From: Candidatus Poriferisocius sp.
Lineage (GTDB): Bacteria > Actinomycetota > Acidimicrobiia > Acidimicrobiales > Bin134
DNA length: 32,000 nt
Assembly (NCBI RefSeq): GCF_965219815.1
Contig: NZ_OZ244791.1
Location: 2,446,486 to 2,478,485 of the forward strand
Direction of reading: 5' to 3'
Part shown: positions 18,203 through 27,630 of the stretch, one piece after another
How the letters are laid out: each line of letters starts with the position of its first letter
Position numbering within the stretch: the first letter of the stretch is position 1
The notes under the pieces: generated by a model
Databases searched by the model: none
What the model saw: the letters and a program-made list of their open reading frames with translations, nothing else
What the model was told of the DNA's origin: nothing
Translations under genes and position numbers: made by a program

Positions 18203-19450
18203 TTAGGTGGTTGGGGCTGGTTCGAGTCCGCACCACGACGCCACGAAATGGGCCAAGGTGCGGGTGGCGGCTACGAGTTCGTCAATCTCCACGCGCTCGA
18301 ATGGTGTGTGGGCGTTCGAGATGTCTCCGGGCGCGAAGTACACACCGGGCACGCCGATGGCGGAGAGGAACGACTTCTCTGACCAATACGGCGCAGCCTC
18401 AATGCGGGGCTCATCGCCGGTGGTTGCGGCGATGGACGCACCGAGGGCTTGCACCGCGGGATGGTCAGTCGGGGTTTCGTCGGGTGTTCCTCCAACCGAG
18501 TGGTCCCGGGGGGCGGTGAACTCCACCGAGGCCTCGACACCGTGATCTGCGGCTACCTGGGCGGTGATGTCTCGGATGGATTGCGCCGCTGCGTCAAGGC
18601 TCTCTCGGGGAAGGACCTTGCGGATCAAAGACAGATCGAACCGCCCGGGCACTGCGATGCTCTCCCCAGATCGGACTTCGGTAACGAGCAGGAATGCCTC
18701 TCCAATCAGCGGATGCGCTGGTTGGGCGCGGAGGTTGTCGGAATGCTCCCAAAGCGCGGTGAGGAGGTGATGGCCGGCCTTCAAGGCGTCCACCCCCAGT
18801 TCCGGTCGTCCGAAGTACGCCGACTGTCCGGTCAGCGCGATGTCGGCGATGAAGAAGCCCATTTGCGCGGTGTAGATGGCCGAGGTTGTGGGCTCGGTGT
18901 AGACGAGGAAGTCCGCCGGATGGTCTTGCTGGACCTCCCCGTCAGCTATTGCCGCTTTCATCCCGGCAGAAATGCCGCTGCCGGGTTGGCCTGATTCTTC
19001 GTCGCATACGAAAAGCGCAGTCACCGAGCCCGTTGGCCGACAACCAGACCGGTGGATCGCCCGGAGTGCCTCCAAGATGGCGCAGATGCCGGCCTTCTGG
19101 TCAGCAGACCCTCGGCCCCAGATTTCTTGGCCGATGATCGAAGCGGCAAAGGGGTTGGCCCGCTCGGTTCCCGCCCAGTGTTTTGCCCAGTCGTCAGCGT
19201 GCACGGTGTCGAGATGTCCCGCCAAGACCAGTGATGGGCGCCCATGGCCGACACTGGCGTAAACATTGGCCCGGGTGCCCTCAAAGGGAGCGAGGAGCCT
19301 GTGGTCCCAGGCGTTGTCGTCCAGTTGATCGTGTACCCACCGGGCGAAGTCTTCTTCGTGAGGGGTCACGCTGGGTATGCCGATGGCCTCTTGAAGGAGA
19401 TCGACCACCGCGTCGGCATCCACGTACTCGGCGACGGCCTCGGGGGTCAT
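18203..19450 (-). CDS. M20 family metallopeptidase / amidohydrolase (ArgE/DapE-like)
   Basis: LAGHLDTVHADDW, IWGRGSADQKAGICAILEALRAI, LFVCDEESGQPGSG, TEPTTSAIYTAQMGFFI, and late His region SEKSFLSAIGVPGVYFAPG...AHTPFERVEI. Confidence 0.92.
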   Translation of the reverse strand: MTPEAVAEYVDADAVVDLLQEAIGIPSVTPHEEDFARWVHDQLDDNAWDHRLLAPFEGTRANVYASVGHGRPSLVLAGHLDTVHADDWAKHWAGTERANPFAASIIGQEIWGRGSADQKAGICAILEALRAIHRSGCRPTGSVTALFVCDEESGQPGSGISAGMKAAIADGEVQQDHPADFLVYTEPTTSAIYTAQMGFFIADIALTGQSAYFGRPELGVDALKAGHHLLTALWEHSDNLRAQPAHPLIGEAFLLVTEVRSGESIAVPGRFDLSLIRKVLPRESLDAAAQSIRDITAQVAADHGVEASVEFTAPRDHSVGGTPDETPTDHPAVQALGASIAATTGDEPRIEAAPYWSEKSFLSAIGVPGVYFAPGDISNAHTPFERVEIDELVAATRTLAHFVASWCGLEPAPTT

Positions 19451-20631
19451 CGCGGGCGCCCCAGCGTGTCGGTTACCAGCGACTCGTGCAGCTCGTCGAG
19501 CGCCCGTGCCACCGCTCCGAGAAACGTGGCCCGCCGTCCGAGCGTTGAGGCAAAGACTTCCACCGGCTGGGATAGCCGTCTACGCAGCTCGGCGTTGACT
19601 GCTTCCACAAACACCGGATTGGCGCCCACGCCGCCGCCGAAGACAATCCGCTCCGGGTCGACGACGAGGCACACGTGCATGACGGCGGTCGCCATGGCTT
19701 CGGCCGCGTCCTCCAACACATGTACGGCTGCCGGGTCGCCCTGAGCGGCCGCGTCGAAGATCTCCGGAACGTCGGCGCTGCCGTGCAGTTCTGTCGCGTA
19801 CCCGGATTCAGCGGCCTGTCCGAATTGCTTGCGGATGGCGGGTGCCGACGAGACTTCTTCCAGGATGAGGGGGGCGCTGGAATCGGCGGGGGAGCCATGA
19901 AGAACCAGCGACCCCACCTCCCCGGCGGCTCCGGTTCCCCCGCGGTACAGCTCTCCGCCCACGATGATGCCCATTCCGATTCCGGTACCGATCGAGATGG
20001 CCACAAAGTTGGTTTGGTCGATGTCCAGGTCGGCTTCGGCCAGCGCCGCCAGGTTCACATCGTTGTCCACATGGACATCGATGTTGAGGAGCTCTTCGAG
20101 CTTCGCCCGTACTCGCAGGCCTTCGAATCCCGGAAGGTTCAGGGCCTGCTCGACGCTGTCAGAAGCCGGGCGGTAGATGCCGGGGACGCCGATGCAGGCC
20201 GACCCGGCTCGACCTCCGATCCCTGACAGCATCTGATGTGCTGTTTCCGCGACACGGTTGAGTGCGGTGTCAGCGTCCGGGCCGGTCTCCAGTTCCTGTT
20301 CGGCGACAACTGCGCCCAAGAGGTTGGCGATGCCGACGATGATCTTGGTAGCGCCGATGTCGGCGGCCACAACAAACCCTGCTTCCGGCACAAACTCGTA
20401 GAGCATGGCTGGTCGGCCAACGTTCCCCGATGTAGTCGGCGTTTCGGCCAGGCGGATCAATCCCGATGATTCCAAATCGGCCACCAGGTTGGAGACGGTC
20501 GGCTTGGACAGCCCCGTCACTCGGGCGATGTCTGCCCGGGAGATTCCCTGGGGGGCAGCATCGAACATGGCATCAACGATGCGCTGCCCGTTCAACAGCC
20601 GCAGCAGCCGGGAGTCTGAAGCCCCTCTCAC
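19447..20631 (-). CDS. ROK family transcriptional regulator (NagC/XylR-type)
   Basis: N-terminal wHTH ISRADIARVTGLSKPTVSNLVADLESSGLI; ROK body VVAADIGATKIIVGI, VDNDVNLAALAEA, ISIGTGIGMGIIVGGELYRGGTGAAGEVG, IVFGGGVG. GTG start. Confidence 0.9.
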   Translation of the reverse strand: MRGASDSRLLRLLNGQRIVDAMFDAAPQGISRADIARVTGLSKPTVSNLVADLESSGLIRLAETPTTSGNVGRPAMLYEFVPEAGFVVAADIGATKIIVGIANLLGAVVAEQELETGPDADTALNRVAETAHQMLSGIGGRAGSACIGVPGIYRPASDSVEQALNLPGFEGLRVRAKLEELLNIDVHVDNDVNLAALAEADLDIDQTNFVAISIGTGIGMGIIVGGELYRGGTGAAGEVGSLVLHGSPADSSAPLILEEVSSAPAIRKQFGQAAESGYATELHGSADVPEIFDAAAQGDPAAVHVLEDAAEAMATAVMHVCLVVDPERIVFGGGVGANPVFVEAVNAELRRRLSQPVEVFASTLGRRATFLGAVARALDELHESLVTDTLGRPR

Positions 20632-20640
20632 TAGTTTGTA

Positions 20641-20669
20641 AGCATAACTAACAAACAGTGCCCTGGCAA
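20641..20669 (-). promoter_or_regulatory. Candidate sigma70-type promoter of ROK operon (TTGCCA-N17-TATGCT)
   Basis: Minus strand: TTGCCA (20669-20664), 17-bp spacer, TATGCT (20646-20641), then 9 nt to the GTG start at 20631. Inverted repeat gtttgt...acaaac (20634-20639 / 20651-20656) overlaps the -10. Confidence 0.5.
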
Positions 20670-20727
20670 GAGGCTCTTGAAGGTATCTTTTTGGCTCTTC
20701 AAGCGGCCCTACATGGGGGGCCTCAGA

Positions 20728-21747
20728 TCAGCAGAACACGGGGGCGATGGTGTCGGCGAAGGTGCGCATCCAGCCTTCTTTGTCGTCCATGAACTGGGCC
20801 AGCACCATTCGGTTGACGCCCCGTTCGGCCAACTCGGTCAAGCGGTCGATGCAATATTCGGGCGGGCCGGCAATGGTGCCGCGGCTGGCCAAGAACTCGG
20901 CGAGGCCGTGCTTGTCGGCCAGCCCGGCGTTGACGTTGGCCCCATCGGCAAAGGCGTGGTGGCGGCTGTCGTACTCGGCCATCATGGCGGCCACCCGGGG
21001 CTTGATGTCTTCGGGGAGGCCCTTGCCGTCCATGTGGAATCGGTACACGTGGTTGGCCGTGCCCGCGATCAGGAACTTGATCTGCTCCAGGCCGGCTTCT
21101 TCCGATTCGGCGAACAGCAGGTTGGCGAACCACCACACCTCGACCTCGTCGGGGTCCCGGCCCACCGAGCGGGCCCCTTCGGCGATGTTGCCCAGCACGA
21201 TCTCGCACACGTCGGCGGGCAGGCTGTTGGACAGGATCACCCCGTCGGCGATCTGACCGGCCATGTACTGGGTGCGAGGCCCTTCGGCGGCAATCCACAC
21301 CGGGACCGGGGCGGGGCCCCAGCGCATGTGCAGGTCTTTGCCCTGCCAGCGGGCCGTCTCGCCGTTGCTGAGAGCCTTGACCGCCGCGGTGTAGTCCCGG
21401 AGGTAGTCCACGGTCGCCGGCTTCTCCCCGATATTGAGCAGCGCGCTGTCGCCCGAGGCGATCCCGTAGCGAAACCGCCCTCCAGAAATCTGCTGGAGGG
21501 CCATTGCGGTGGAGGCGGCTGCGGCCGGATGGCGGGTGACGGGGTTCGTAACCGTGGTGGCCAGCAGGGCGTTGTCGGTGTGGTTGGCGGCCACGGTGAG
21601 GGTGAGGAAGGGGTCGGCCCACAGCGACTGGGAGTCGCCGGCCACCACCATGGAGAACCCGGAGCTCTCCACTTGGCGGGCCCAGGCCCCGTATGTGGTG
21701 AGGTCTTCGGGAACCTTCCCGGTGCCGAATGCGATGGATGCGCTCAT
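20728..21747 (-). CDS. LLM class F420-dependent oxidoreductase
   Basis: VESSGFSMVVAGDSQSLWADPFLTLTVAANHTDNALLATTVTNPVTRHPAAAASTAMALQQISGGRFRYGIASGDSAL is a typical luciferase-like pattern. Start placed at MSASIAFGTGKV. Confidence 0.92.
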   Translation of the reverse strand: MSASIAFGTGKVPEDLTTYGAWARQVESSGFSMVVAGDSQSLWADPFLTLTVAANHTDNALLATTVTNPVTRHPAAAASTAMALQQISGGRFRYGIASGDSALLNIGEKPATVDYLRDYTAAVKALSNGETARWQGKDLHMRWGPAPVPVWIAAEGPRTQYMAGQIADGVILSNSLPADVCEIVLGNIAEGARSVGRDPDEVEVWWFANLLFAESEEAGLEQIKFLIAGTANHVYRFHMDGKGLPEDIKPRVAAMMAEYDSRHHAFADGANVNAGLADKHGLAEFLASRGTIAGPPEYCIDRLTELAERGVNRMVLAQFMDDKEGWMRTFADTIAPVFC

Positions 21748-21796
21748 GGCCCGAGGATAGAGGCCGCTCAACGAGCCCGCCGCCTACCATGGGCCG

Positions 21797-23323
21797 GTGC
21801 TGGATGTCCCCCCGATCGATTTCGGCGAGCCCCTGTCTCTGGGTCCGCTGCTGAAACGGGCGGTGGCCGCAGTGCCCGACAAAACCGCCCTGGTGGGAGC
21901 CCGGGGGAGGCTGAGCTACGCCGAGCTGGCCGACGAAGTGTCCCGAACCGCCACTGCGCTGGACGAATTGGGGGTCCGGGCCGGCGACCGGGTGGCGGTA
22001 TCGCTGGCCAACGACATCGACATCGTGACCGCCCTCATGGGCATCTGGGCCCGGGGGGCGGTGTTCGTGGGGGTCCACACCGTGCTGGCCCCACCGGAGA
22101 AGCGCTATCTGATCGACGACTGCGAGCCTTCGCTCTACCTCACCTCAAATGCCGCAGAAGAGGTGGGCGCACCCCGGGTGGTCGGCTTGGAGCAGTGGCG
22201 GGCGGAGGTGGCCGGAGCACAGCCCATGGAGCCGTGGCCCGGGTGCGACCCGCTGGGGTTGGCGGCCATCGCCTACACCTCGGGCACCACCGGCAACCCC
22301 AAAGGGGTGATGCATAGCCAGCACAATGCCCTGCTTCAGGGGGCGGTGGCCGTGGCCCGGGGTAGCTACGACGCCGACGATGTTTTCTTGTGCGTACACC
22401 CCTTGACCATCCTGAACCTCCAGGTGCTCCACGGCCTGACCACCATTCAGGCGCTGGCCACCTGCGCCATTGCCGACCGCCACGATCCGGTGTCACTGGC
22501 CCGGTGGATCAAACGGGAGGGGGTCACGCATTTCGCGGTGGTGCCCACCGTGGCCTACGACCTGCTGATCCATCCCGAGGTACACCCCGACGATCTGGCT
22601 ACCCTCACCAAGCCCCGAGTAGGGGGCGCGGCGATGCCCGAGTCGGTGAAACTCCTGTTCGAGGAGCGGTTCGGCGTCAAGCCGGCCACCAGCCTGGGAA
22701 TCACCGAGGGGCCCACGCTGGTGACCCGTCAAGACCCCGACCGCCCGATTATCGAGGGAAGCTGCGGGCAGGCGCTGCCCCACATCGAAGTGCAGGTGCT
22801 TGACGACGATGATCGGCCTATGCCGGTGGGCGAGGTGGGGGAGATCTGCTTTGGGCCCCGGCGCGACGGCCCGTGGGCCGGTGTCTACCGCACCATGCTG
22901 GGCTATTGGGGTCGCCCCGAGCTGTCGGCCGAGACCCTGCGGGGCGGCATGGTCCACTCCGGCGACCTGGGCCGGTTCGATGCCGACGGCGAGCTGTACA
23001 TCGTGGAGCGGCGCAGCCAGATGATCATCCGGGGCGGCAACAACATCTACCCCGCCGAGGTCGAGCGAGTGCTGGGGGCCGACGCCCGAGTGGCCGAGTG
23101 CTGCGTGGTGGGCCGACCCGACCCCCGCCTCGGCGAGACTGTGGTGGCCTTCGTCCAGCCCGCCGCAGGTGCGAACGTTGGCGTCGAAGACCTGCTCTCG
23201 TTGTGTCGAGCCAACCTCGCCCCCTACAAGATCCCCGATGATGTCCGCTTTGTGGAAGCCTTTCCCCGCAGCCCCTTGGGCAAGATCGCCCGAGCCCAGG
23301 TGCAGGCGATAGCTGAGAACTGA
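21797..23323 (+). CDS. AMP-binding acyl-CoA synthetase/ligase
   Basis: A3 motif AIAYTSGTTGNPKGVMHSQHN; LGITEGPTLVTRQ; MVHSGDLGRFDADGELYIVERRSQMIIRGGNNIYPAEVE; C-terminal FPRSPLGKIARAQ. Confidence 0.94.
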   Translation: MLDVPPIDFGEPLSLGPLLKRAVAAVPDKTALVGARGRLSYAELADEVSRTATALDELGVRAGDRVAVSLANDIDIVTALMGIWARGAVFVGVHTVLAPPEKRYLIDDCEPSLYLTSNAAEEVGAPRVVGLEQWRAEVAGAQPMEPWPGCDPLGLAAIAYTSGTTGNPKGVMHSQHNALLQGAVAVARGSYDADDVFLCVHPLTILNLQVLHGLTTIQALATCAIADRHDPVSLARWIKREGVTHFAVVPTVAYDLLIHPEVHPDDLATLTKPRVGGAAMPESVKLLFEERFGVKPATSLGITEGPTLVTRQDPDRPIIEGSCGQALPHIEVQVLDDDDRPMPVGEVGEICFGPRRDGPWAGVYRTMLGYWGRPELSAETLRGGMVHSGDLGRFDADGELYIVERRSQMIIRGGNNIYPAEVERVLGADARVAECCVVGRPDPRLGETVVAFVQPAAGANVGVEDLLSLCRANLAPYKIPDDVRFVEAFPRSPLGKIARAQVQAIAEN

Positions 23324-23338
23324 CAACGAGGAGAACTG

Positions 23339-23866
23339 ATGAGCGACGAGCCAGCTACTGATGCCGAGTCGGCTGACTACGAGGACGTGACGGAGTGGTG
23401 GCTCGACAACGATGCCGAGGAGGCCATGCTGGCCGCTCAGACCGAGTGTACGTTTATCTGGGCCAACAAGGAAGGGTGGCCGGTTGGGGTCATCATGAGC
23501 TTCATCTGGCGCCAGGGCCGATTTTGGCTCACCGCCACTTCCCAGCGGGCCCGCATCTCCGCGGTGCGCCGCGACCCCCGAGTGTGCGTGGTGGTGACCA
23601 GCACCGGCGCCAAGGGGGTGTCCCAAAGGCAGACAGTGACCTACAAGGGCATCTGCCGCCTGCACGACGACGACGAGACCAAGGCATGGTTCTACCCCGA
23701 GTTGGCTGCCGCGCTGCACCCCGACGAAGACATGCAGCGCCACTTCGCCAGTTTTCTGGACTCTCCTCGGCGGGTGATCCTCGAGGTGGAGCCCACCCAG
23801 CGCATTTCATTCGACGGCACCAAGCAGGCCGCGGCCACCGCGGCGTGGATCGAGGACAGTGGCTGA
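23339..23866 (+). CDS. Pyridoxamine 5'-phosphate oxidase-like / F420-binding split-barrel protein
   Basis: CTFIWANKEGWPVGVIMSFIWRQGRFWLTATSQRARISAVRRDPRVCVVVTSTG...VTYKGICRLHDDDE. RBS gaggag before ATG 23339. Confidence 0.85.
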   Translation: MSDEPATDAESADYEDVTEWWLDNDAEEAMLAAQTECTFIWANKEGWPVGVIMSFIWRQGRFWLTATSQRARISAVRRDPRVCVVVTSTGAKGVSQRQTVTYKGICRLHDDDETKAWFYPELAAALHPDEDMQRHFASFLDSPRRVILEVEPTQRISFDGTKQAAATAAWIEDSG

Positions 23867-23887
23867 AAACTGCCGGGGCGGGATCGA

Positions 23888-25837
23888 TTAGACCGCAGCC
23901 GGAGGGCGGAGGCGGTCGGCGATGGCCCGGGTGAGTCGGTCGAGGATGCTGGCCAGCAGCACGATGGCGATACCGGCCTCGAATCCCCGTCCCACCGCGT
24001 CGCTGCGCCGCAGGCCCCGGACGGCTTCCAGGCCCAGCCCGCCGCCGCCGACCAGCCCGGCGATCACCACCATGGCCAAGATCAGCATGATCACCTGGTT
24101 CACCGCCACCATCAGCTCTGGCGCGGCCAGCGGCAGCTCCACTCGGCGGAGGCGCTGGCTGCGGGTGGCGCCGAAGCTCTCGGCGGCCTCGTGGACTTCG
24201 GCGGGAACTCGGCGCAGCCCCAAATCGGTGTAGTGGACCGCGGCCGGCAGGGCGTAGATCACCGAGGCGATGATGCCGGGGATGCGGCCCACATGGAAAA
24301 GGGTGATCACCGGCACTAGCAGCACGAAGCTGGGGATTGTCTGAAAGAAGTCCAGCACCGGCTTAAAGGCCGTTCGCAGCAGATCGTTGTGCGAGGTCAT
24401 TATCCCCACCGGCACGCCGATGATCAGCGTGATGGCCACCGCCACAATGGTCTGGGCCAAAGTGTCCATCGACAGCGCCCACATGCCCAAGAAGCCGATG
24501 GCGAACAACGCTGCTCCGATACCGACGGCTAGGCGTATGCCTCGGGCCCACAGTCCAAGGACCACCCCTATCCCGATCATGGCAGGCCATGGGATGTCGC
24601 TCGAGAGCAGCTCGCGCAGCGGGGTCACGAATCGGAGCGTGACAAAGTCGCTGAATGGGCCGGTCCCGATCCCCGAGCCGCCGATGTCGTACAGGTTGTC
24701 CCGAGCCCAATCGGTGGCATCGTCCACGTAAGGGGCAAACTGCCAATTCAGCGATTCGGGGAACTCGTTGTGGCCGAGCAAGCCCCCGACAACAGCCACC
24801 ACGGTGACCGCGACGGCGAGCCATCGAAGGGCAAGGGCGTCGTGTCGCGGGTCCGCGGTGGCGATGCCGGTGGAGAAGCGGTCCAATACGATGGCCATGA
24901 TCACGATGGCGATGCCCGCCTCCGACGCTTTCCCCACCTCGATGCTCTGCATGGCCCTTAGCACCACTTGGCCCAGACCGCCCGCGCCGATGAAGGCGGC
25001 AATCACCACCATGCTCATGGCCAGCATGGTGGTCTGGTTCATGCCTGCGAAGATGGCCGGGCGGGCTTGGGGCAGGCGCACCAGCCGCAGCGTCTGGCGC
25101 TCGGTGGCCCCGAACATCTCCGATGCTTCGACGGTGACCTGGGGAACGGTCCGAAGCCCCACCTCGGTGAGCCTCACCACCGGAGCGAGGGCGAAGATCA
25201 CTGTGGAGATCAACGCCGGAACCCGCCCGACCCCGAAGAGCAGCACGAAGGGGATGAGGTAGACGAACCCCGGCATGGTTTGCATGGCGTCCAATGTGGG
25301 ACGGACCACCCTGGCAACGGCATCGCTGCGCCAGGCGGCGATGCCCAGCGGAATGCCGATGATCATGGAAATGAGCACCGACACTCCCATCAGGGCCAGG
25401 GTGGCGAAGGATTCCTCCCAGAGGTCGATGATGCCGATCAAGGCCACGCTGGCCAAGCCCAGCACTCCGGCCACCCGCCCACGGGTCCACCACAGGCCGA
25501 CTCCGGTGATCAGCGGGTAGGAGTACCACGGGAACCACCTGAGAATGGACTCCAGCCGACGGATACCCCAGTCGATGGCGTCGGTGATGGGATTCAAGAA
25601 GACGGTATACAGCCAATGAGAGGTTTGGTTGCTGATCAGCCATCGCCGGGCCCGATCGATGGGATCGGCCAGCCCGATGTCCCAGGATTCGGGGAAGACG
25701 CCGAAGTTCGTGGACAGCCGAAACACCAATATCAATACAACGATGGTGCCGATGGCCAGGATGAAGCGCGCCAGGCGGCTGTCCGACGCGGTTCGAAGCC
25801 CGTTGGCGGTGCGGCGGGCCTCCTCCACCACCGTCAT
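23888..25837 (-). CDS. proW: Glycine betaine/proline ABC transporter permease, two fused permease domains (ProW-like)
   Basis: Two BPD_transp_1 repeats: [44 protein letters not shown]...[26 protein letters not shown] and [44 protein letters not shown]...[26 protein letters not shown]. Start ATG overlaps the proV stop. Confidence 0.92.
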   Translation of the reverse strand: MTVVEEARRTANGLRTASDSRLARFILAIGTIVVLILVFRLSTNFGVFPESWDIGLADPIDRARRWLISNQTSHWLYTVFLNPITDAIDWGIRRLESILRWFPWYSYPLITGVGLWWTRGRVAGVLGLASVALIGIIDLWEESFATLALMGVSVLISMIIGIPLGIAAWRSDAVARVVRPTLDAMQTMPGFVYLIPFVLLFGVGRVPALISTVIFALAPVVRLTEVGLRTVPQVTVEASEMFGATERQTLRLVRLPQARPAIFAGMNQTTMLAMSMVVIAAFIGAGGLGQVVLRAMQSIEVGKASEAGIAIVIMAIVLDRFSTGIATADPRHDALALRWLAVAVTVVAVVGGLLGHNEFPESLNWQFAPYVDDATDWARDNLYDIGGSGIGTGPFSDFVTLRFVTPLRELLSSDIPWPAMIGIGVVLGLWARGIRLAVGIGAALFAIGFLGMWALSMDTLAQTIVAVAITLIIGVPVGIMTSHNDLLRTAFKPVLDFFQTIPSFVLLVPVITLFHVGRIPGIIASVIYALPAAVHYTDLGLRRVPAEVHEAAESFGATRSQRLRRVELPLAAPELMVAVNQVIMLILAMVVIAGLVGGGGLGLEAVRGLRRSDAVGRGFEAGIAIVLLASILDRLTRAIADRLRPPAAV

Positions 25838-26877
25838 GGGCGGTTCTCAGAGATCACACCCGCTACGTCGTCCCCGTGGAGCAGACCCACCGGCGTATTG
25901 TCCTCGTCGACCACCACCACAGGAGAGGTGGACCCGAGCAAGTGGGGGAGCGCGGTCTCCAGTGGCGTGGTCATCGGGACCTGCGGCCACCCGGGGTCGA
26001 CAGCGGTGCCGTCGAGGGGGCGCATCAGCGAACAGGCCTGCAAGACCTTGGCCACCGGGGCATCCTGGGTGAATGCCCGCACATAGTCATCCGCCGGGCT
26101 GGTGAGTATCTCCACCGGTGTGCCGACCTGCACGAAGGCGCCGTCGTTCATGATGGCGATCCGGTCGGCCAACTTCAGTGCTTCGGCAAAGTCGTGGGTG
26201 ATGAACACCAGCGTCCGCTGGAGTTTCATCTGGAGGTCGATGAGCTCGTCTTGCATGTCGCGGCGGATGAGCGGGTCGAGGGCCGAGAACGGCTCGTCAA
26301 AGAACAGCACTTCGGGGTCCACGGCCAAGGCTCGGGCCAATCCCACCCGCTGTTGCATGCCGCCGCTGAGCTGCTGGGGATAGTGGTCGCCCCAGCCCTC
26401 CAAACCGACCGTGTCCAGCAGCTCTCTGGCTCGGTCTTGGCGGTCTTGGCGGTCCACCCCCTGCACCTCGAGTCCGTAGGCCACGTTGTCCACCACCTTG
26501 CGATGGGGGAACAGGCCGAAGTGCTGGAAAACCATTGCCATCTTCTGGCGGCGCAGATTCCGCAGCGTGGCGCTGTCGGCCCGGGTGAGCTCGGTGCCGC
26601 ACAGCCTGACCCTTCCCTCGGTGGGCTTCACCAAATGGGAGACGCACCGGATGAGGGTGGACTTGCCCGAGCCCGACAGGCCCATGACCACGAACGTCTC
26701 ACCCGGGGCCACCTCGAAGGTGATGTCGCGAACGGCCACCACGCTGCCCGTGGCGGTCTGGATCTCCTCCCGGGAGGCACCGGCCTTGGCCATTGCCCTA
26801 GCCTCGCGGGACCTTCGGCCGAAGACCTTCCACACGCCTTCGACTCTGACTTGGGCTGTCTCGCTGGCTGTGTCCAT
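25834..26877 (-). CDS. proV: Glycine betaine/proline ABC transporter ATP-binding protein
   Basis: [99 protein letters not shown]; C-terminal CBS-like segment. Confidence 0.94.
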   Translation of the reverse strand: MDTASETAQVRVEGVWKVFGRRSREARAMAKAGASREEIQTATGSVVAVRDITFEVAPGETFVVMGLSGSGKSTLIRCVSHLVKPTEGRVRLCGTELTRADSATLRNLRRQKMAMVFQHFGLFPHRKVVDNVAYGLEVQGVDRQDRQDRARELLDTVGLEGWGDHYPQQLSGGMQQRVGLARALAVDPEVLFFDEPFSALDPLIRRDMQDELIDLQMKLQRTLVFITHDFAEALKLADRIAIMNDGAFVQVGTPVEILTSPADDYVRAFTQDAPVAKVLQACSLMRPLDGTAVDPGWPQVPMTTPLETALPHLLGSTSPVVVVDEDNTPVGLLHGDDVAGVISENRP

Positions 26878-26899
26878 CGCCGCCCCCCGGATCAGACTT

Positions 26900-26920
26900 T
26901 ACCGTCCGGACAGACGGGTA
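26900..26920. promoter_or_regulatory. Candidate TetR operator (imperfect palindrome taccgtccggacagacgggta)
   Basis: CCGTC-N6-GACGG arms in the divergent gap between proV (-) and the TetR gene (+). Confidence 0.4.
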
Positions 26921-27012
26921 TTGGTTTGGGCTCCCCTCACATCGCAATGGGGGATGCCGCATGGGAGGCAGGACCGATCGGGCTGAGATGTTTGGGCTAC
27001 CCTGACCTGGCA

Positions 27013-27630
27013 ATGGGAGAAGCGGCCGATCGGCCCAGGAATCTGCCGGTACAAGAGCGGGCTGTGCTGACTCGCGATCGGATTCTGCAAGCGGCCACCG
27101 AGGTGATCAAACAAGAGGGTGTGTCGTCGCTGACGCTTGACAAGGTGGCGGCCCGAGCCGGGGTGAGCAAGGGCGGCTTCCTCTACCACTTCGGCTCCAA
27201 GGACGCGCTGATCATCGGGTTGCTCAATCAGGTGATGGGGGTGCTCGACACCGAGTTGAATGTGCTGGCCGACGGCATCGATGCCCGCCAGGGAGCGTTT
27301 GCGCTGGCTTACCTCGAATACGTGCAGGAACCGACCAAGGCGGCCACTGATACTGCGGTGTCGATTCTGGCCGCGGCCGCAGTGGACGACGACCTGCTGG
27401 ACAGCACTCGGGCGACGTTCCAGCGCTGGCAGGATCGGCTGCGTCACGACGACGGGCTCGACGAAACCGAGGCACTGCTGGCCCGGGTTGTGGGTGACGG
27501 GCTCTGGCTCATCGACCTGTTCGGCTTGGCCCCGCCCACCGCCGATGAGCGCCGCAAAGTGCTCGACCTGGTCTCGAACCTCATCACCGATCATGGAGCG
27601 GCCCGGGATTTGATCGACCCGGCCGAGTAG
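27013..27630 (+). CDS. TetR/AcrR family transcriptional regulator
   Basis: [51 protein letters not shown] is a classical TetR HTH. ATG at 27013. Confidence 0.92.
   Translation: MGEAADRPRNLPVQERAVLTRDRILQAATEVIKQEGVSSLTLDKVAARAGVSKGGFLYHFGSKDALIIGLLNQVMGVLDTELNVLADGIDARQGAFALAYLEYVQEPTKAATDTAVSILAAAAVDDDLLDSTRATFQRWQDRLRHDDGLDETEALLARVVGDGLWLIDLFGLAPPTADERRKVLDLVSNLITDHGAARDLIDPAE

Noticed and set aside
20677-22317. 546-aa plus-strand ORF
   Set aside because: Antisense to clear LLM oxidoreductase (-) and overlapping the acyl-CoA synthetase start. Composition is typical of a GC-rich shadow frame with no recognisable domain.
22493-23743. 416-aa minus-strand ORF
   Set aside because: Antisense of acyl-CoA synthetase and PNPOx-like genes; no motif.
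24363-25643. 426-aa minus-strand ORF and other long ORFs over proW
   Set aside because: Alternate-frame shadows (His/Arg/Gly-rich) of the well-supported ProW coding sequence.
24968-26086. 372-aa plus-strand ORF
   Set aside because: Antisense to proW/proV; low-complexity His/Gln/Gly-rich shadow frame.
25876-27012. N-terminal extension of the TetR ORF (listed as 25876..27630)
   Set aside because: The first roughly 379 codons are antisense to proV. The TetR family N-terminus fits ATG 27013.
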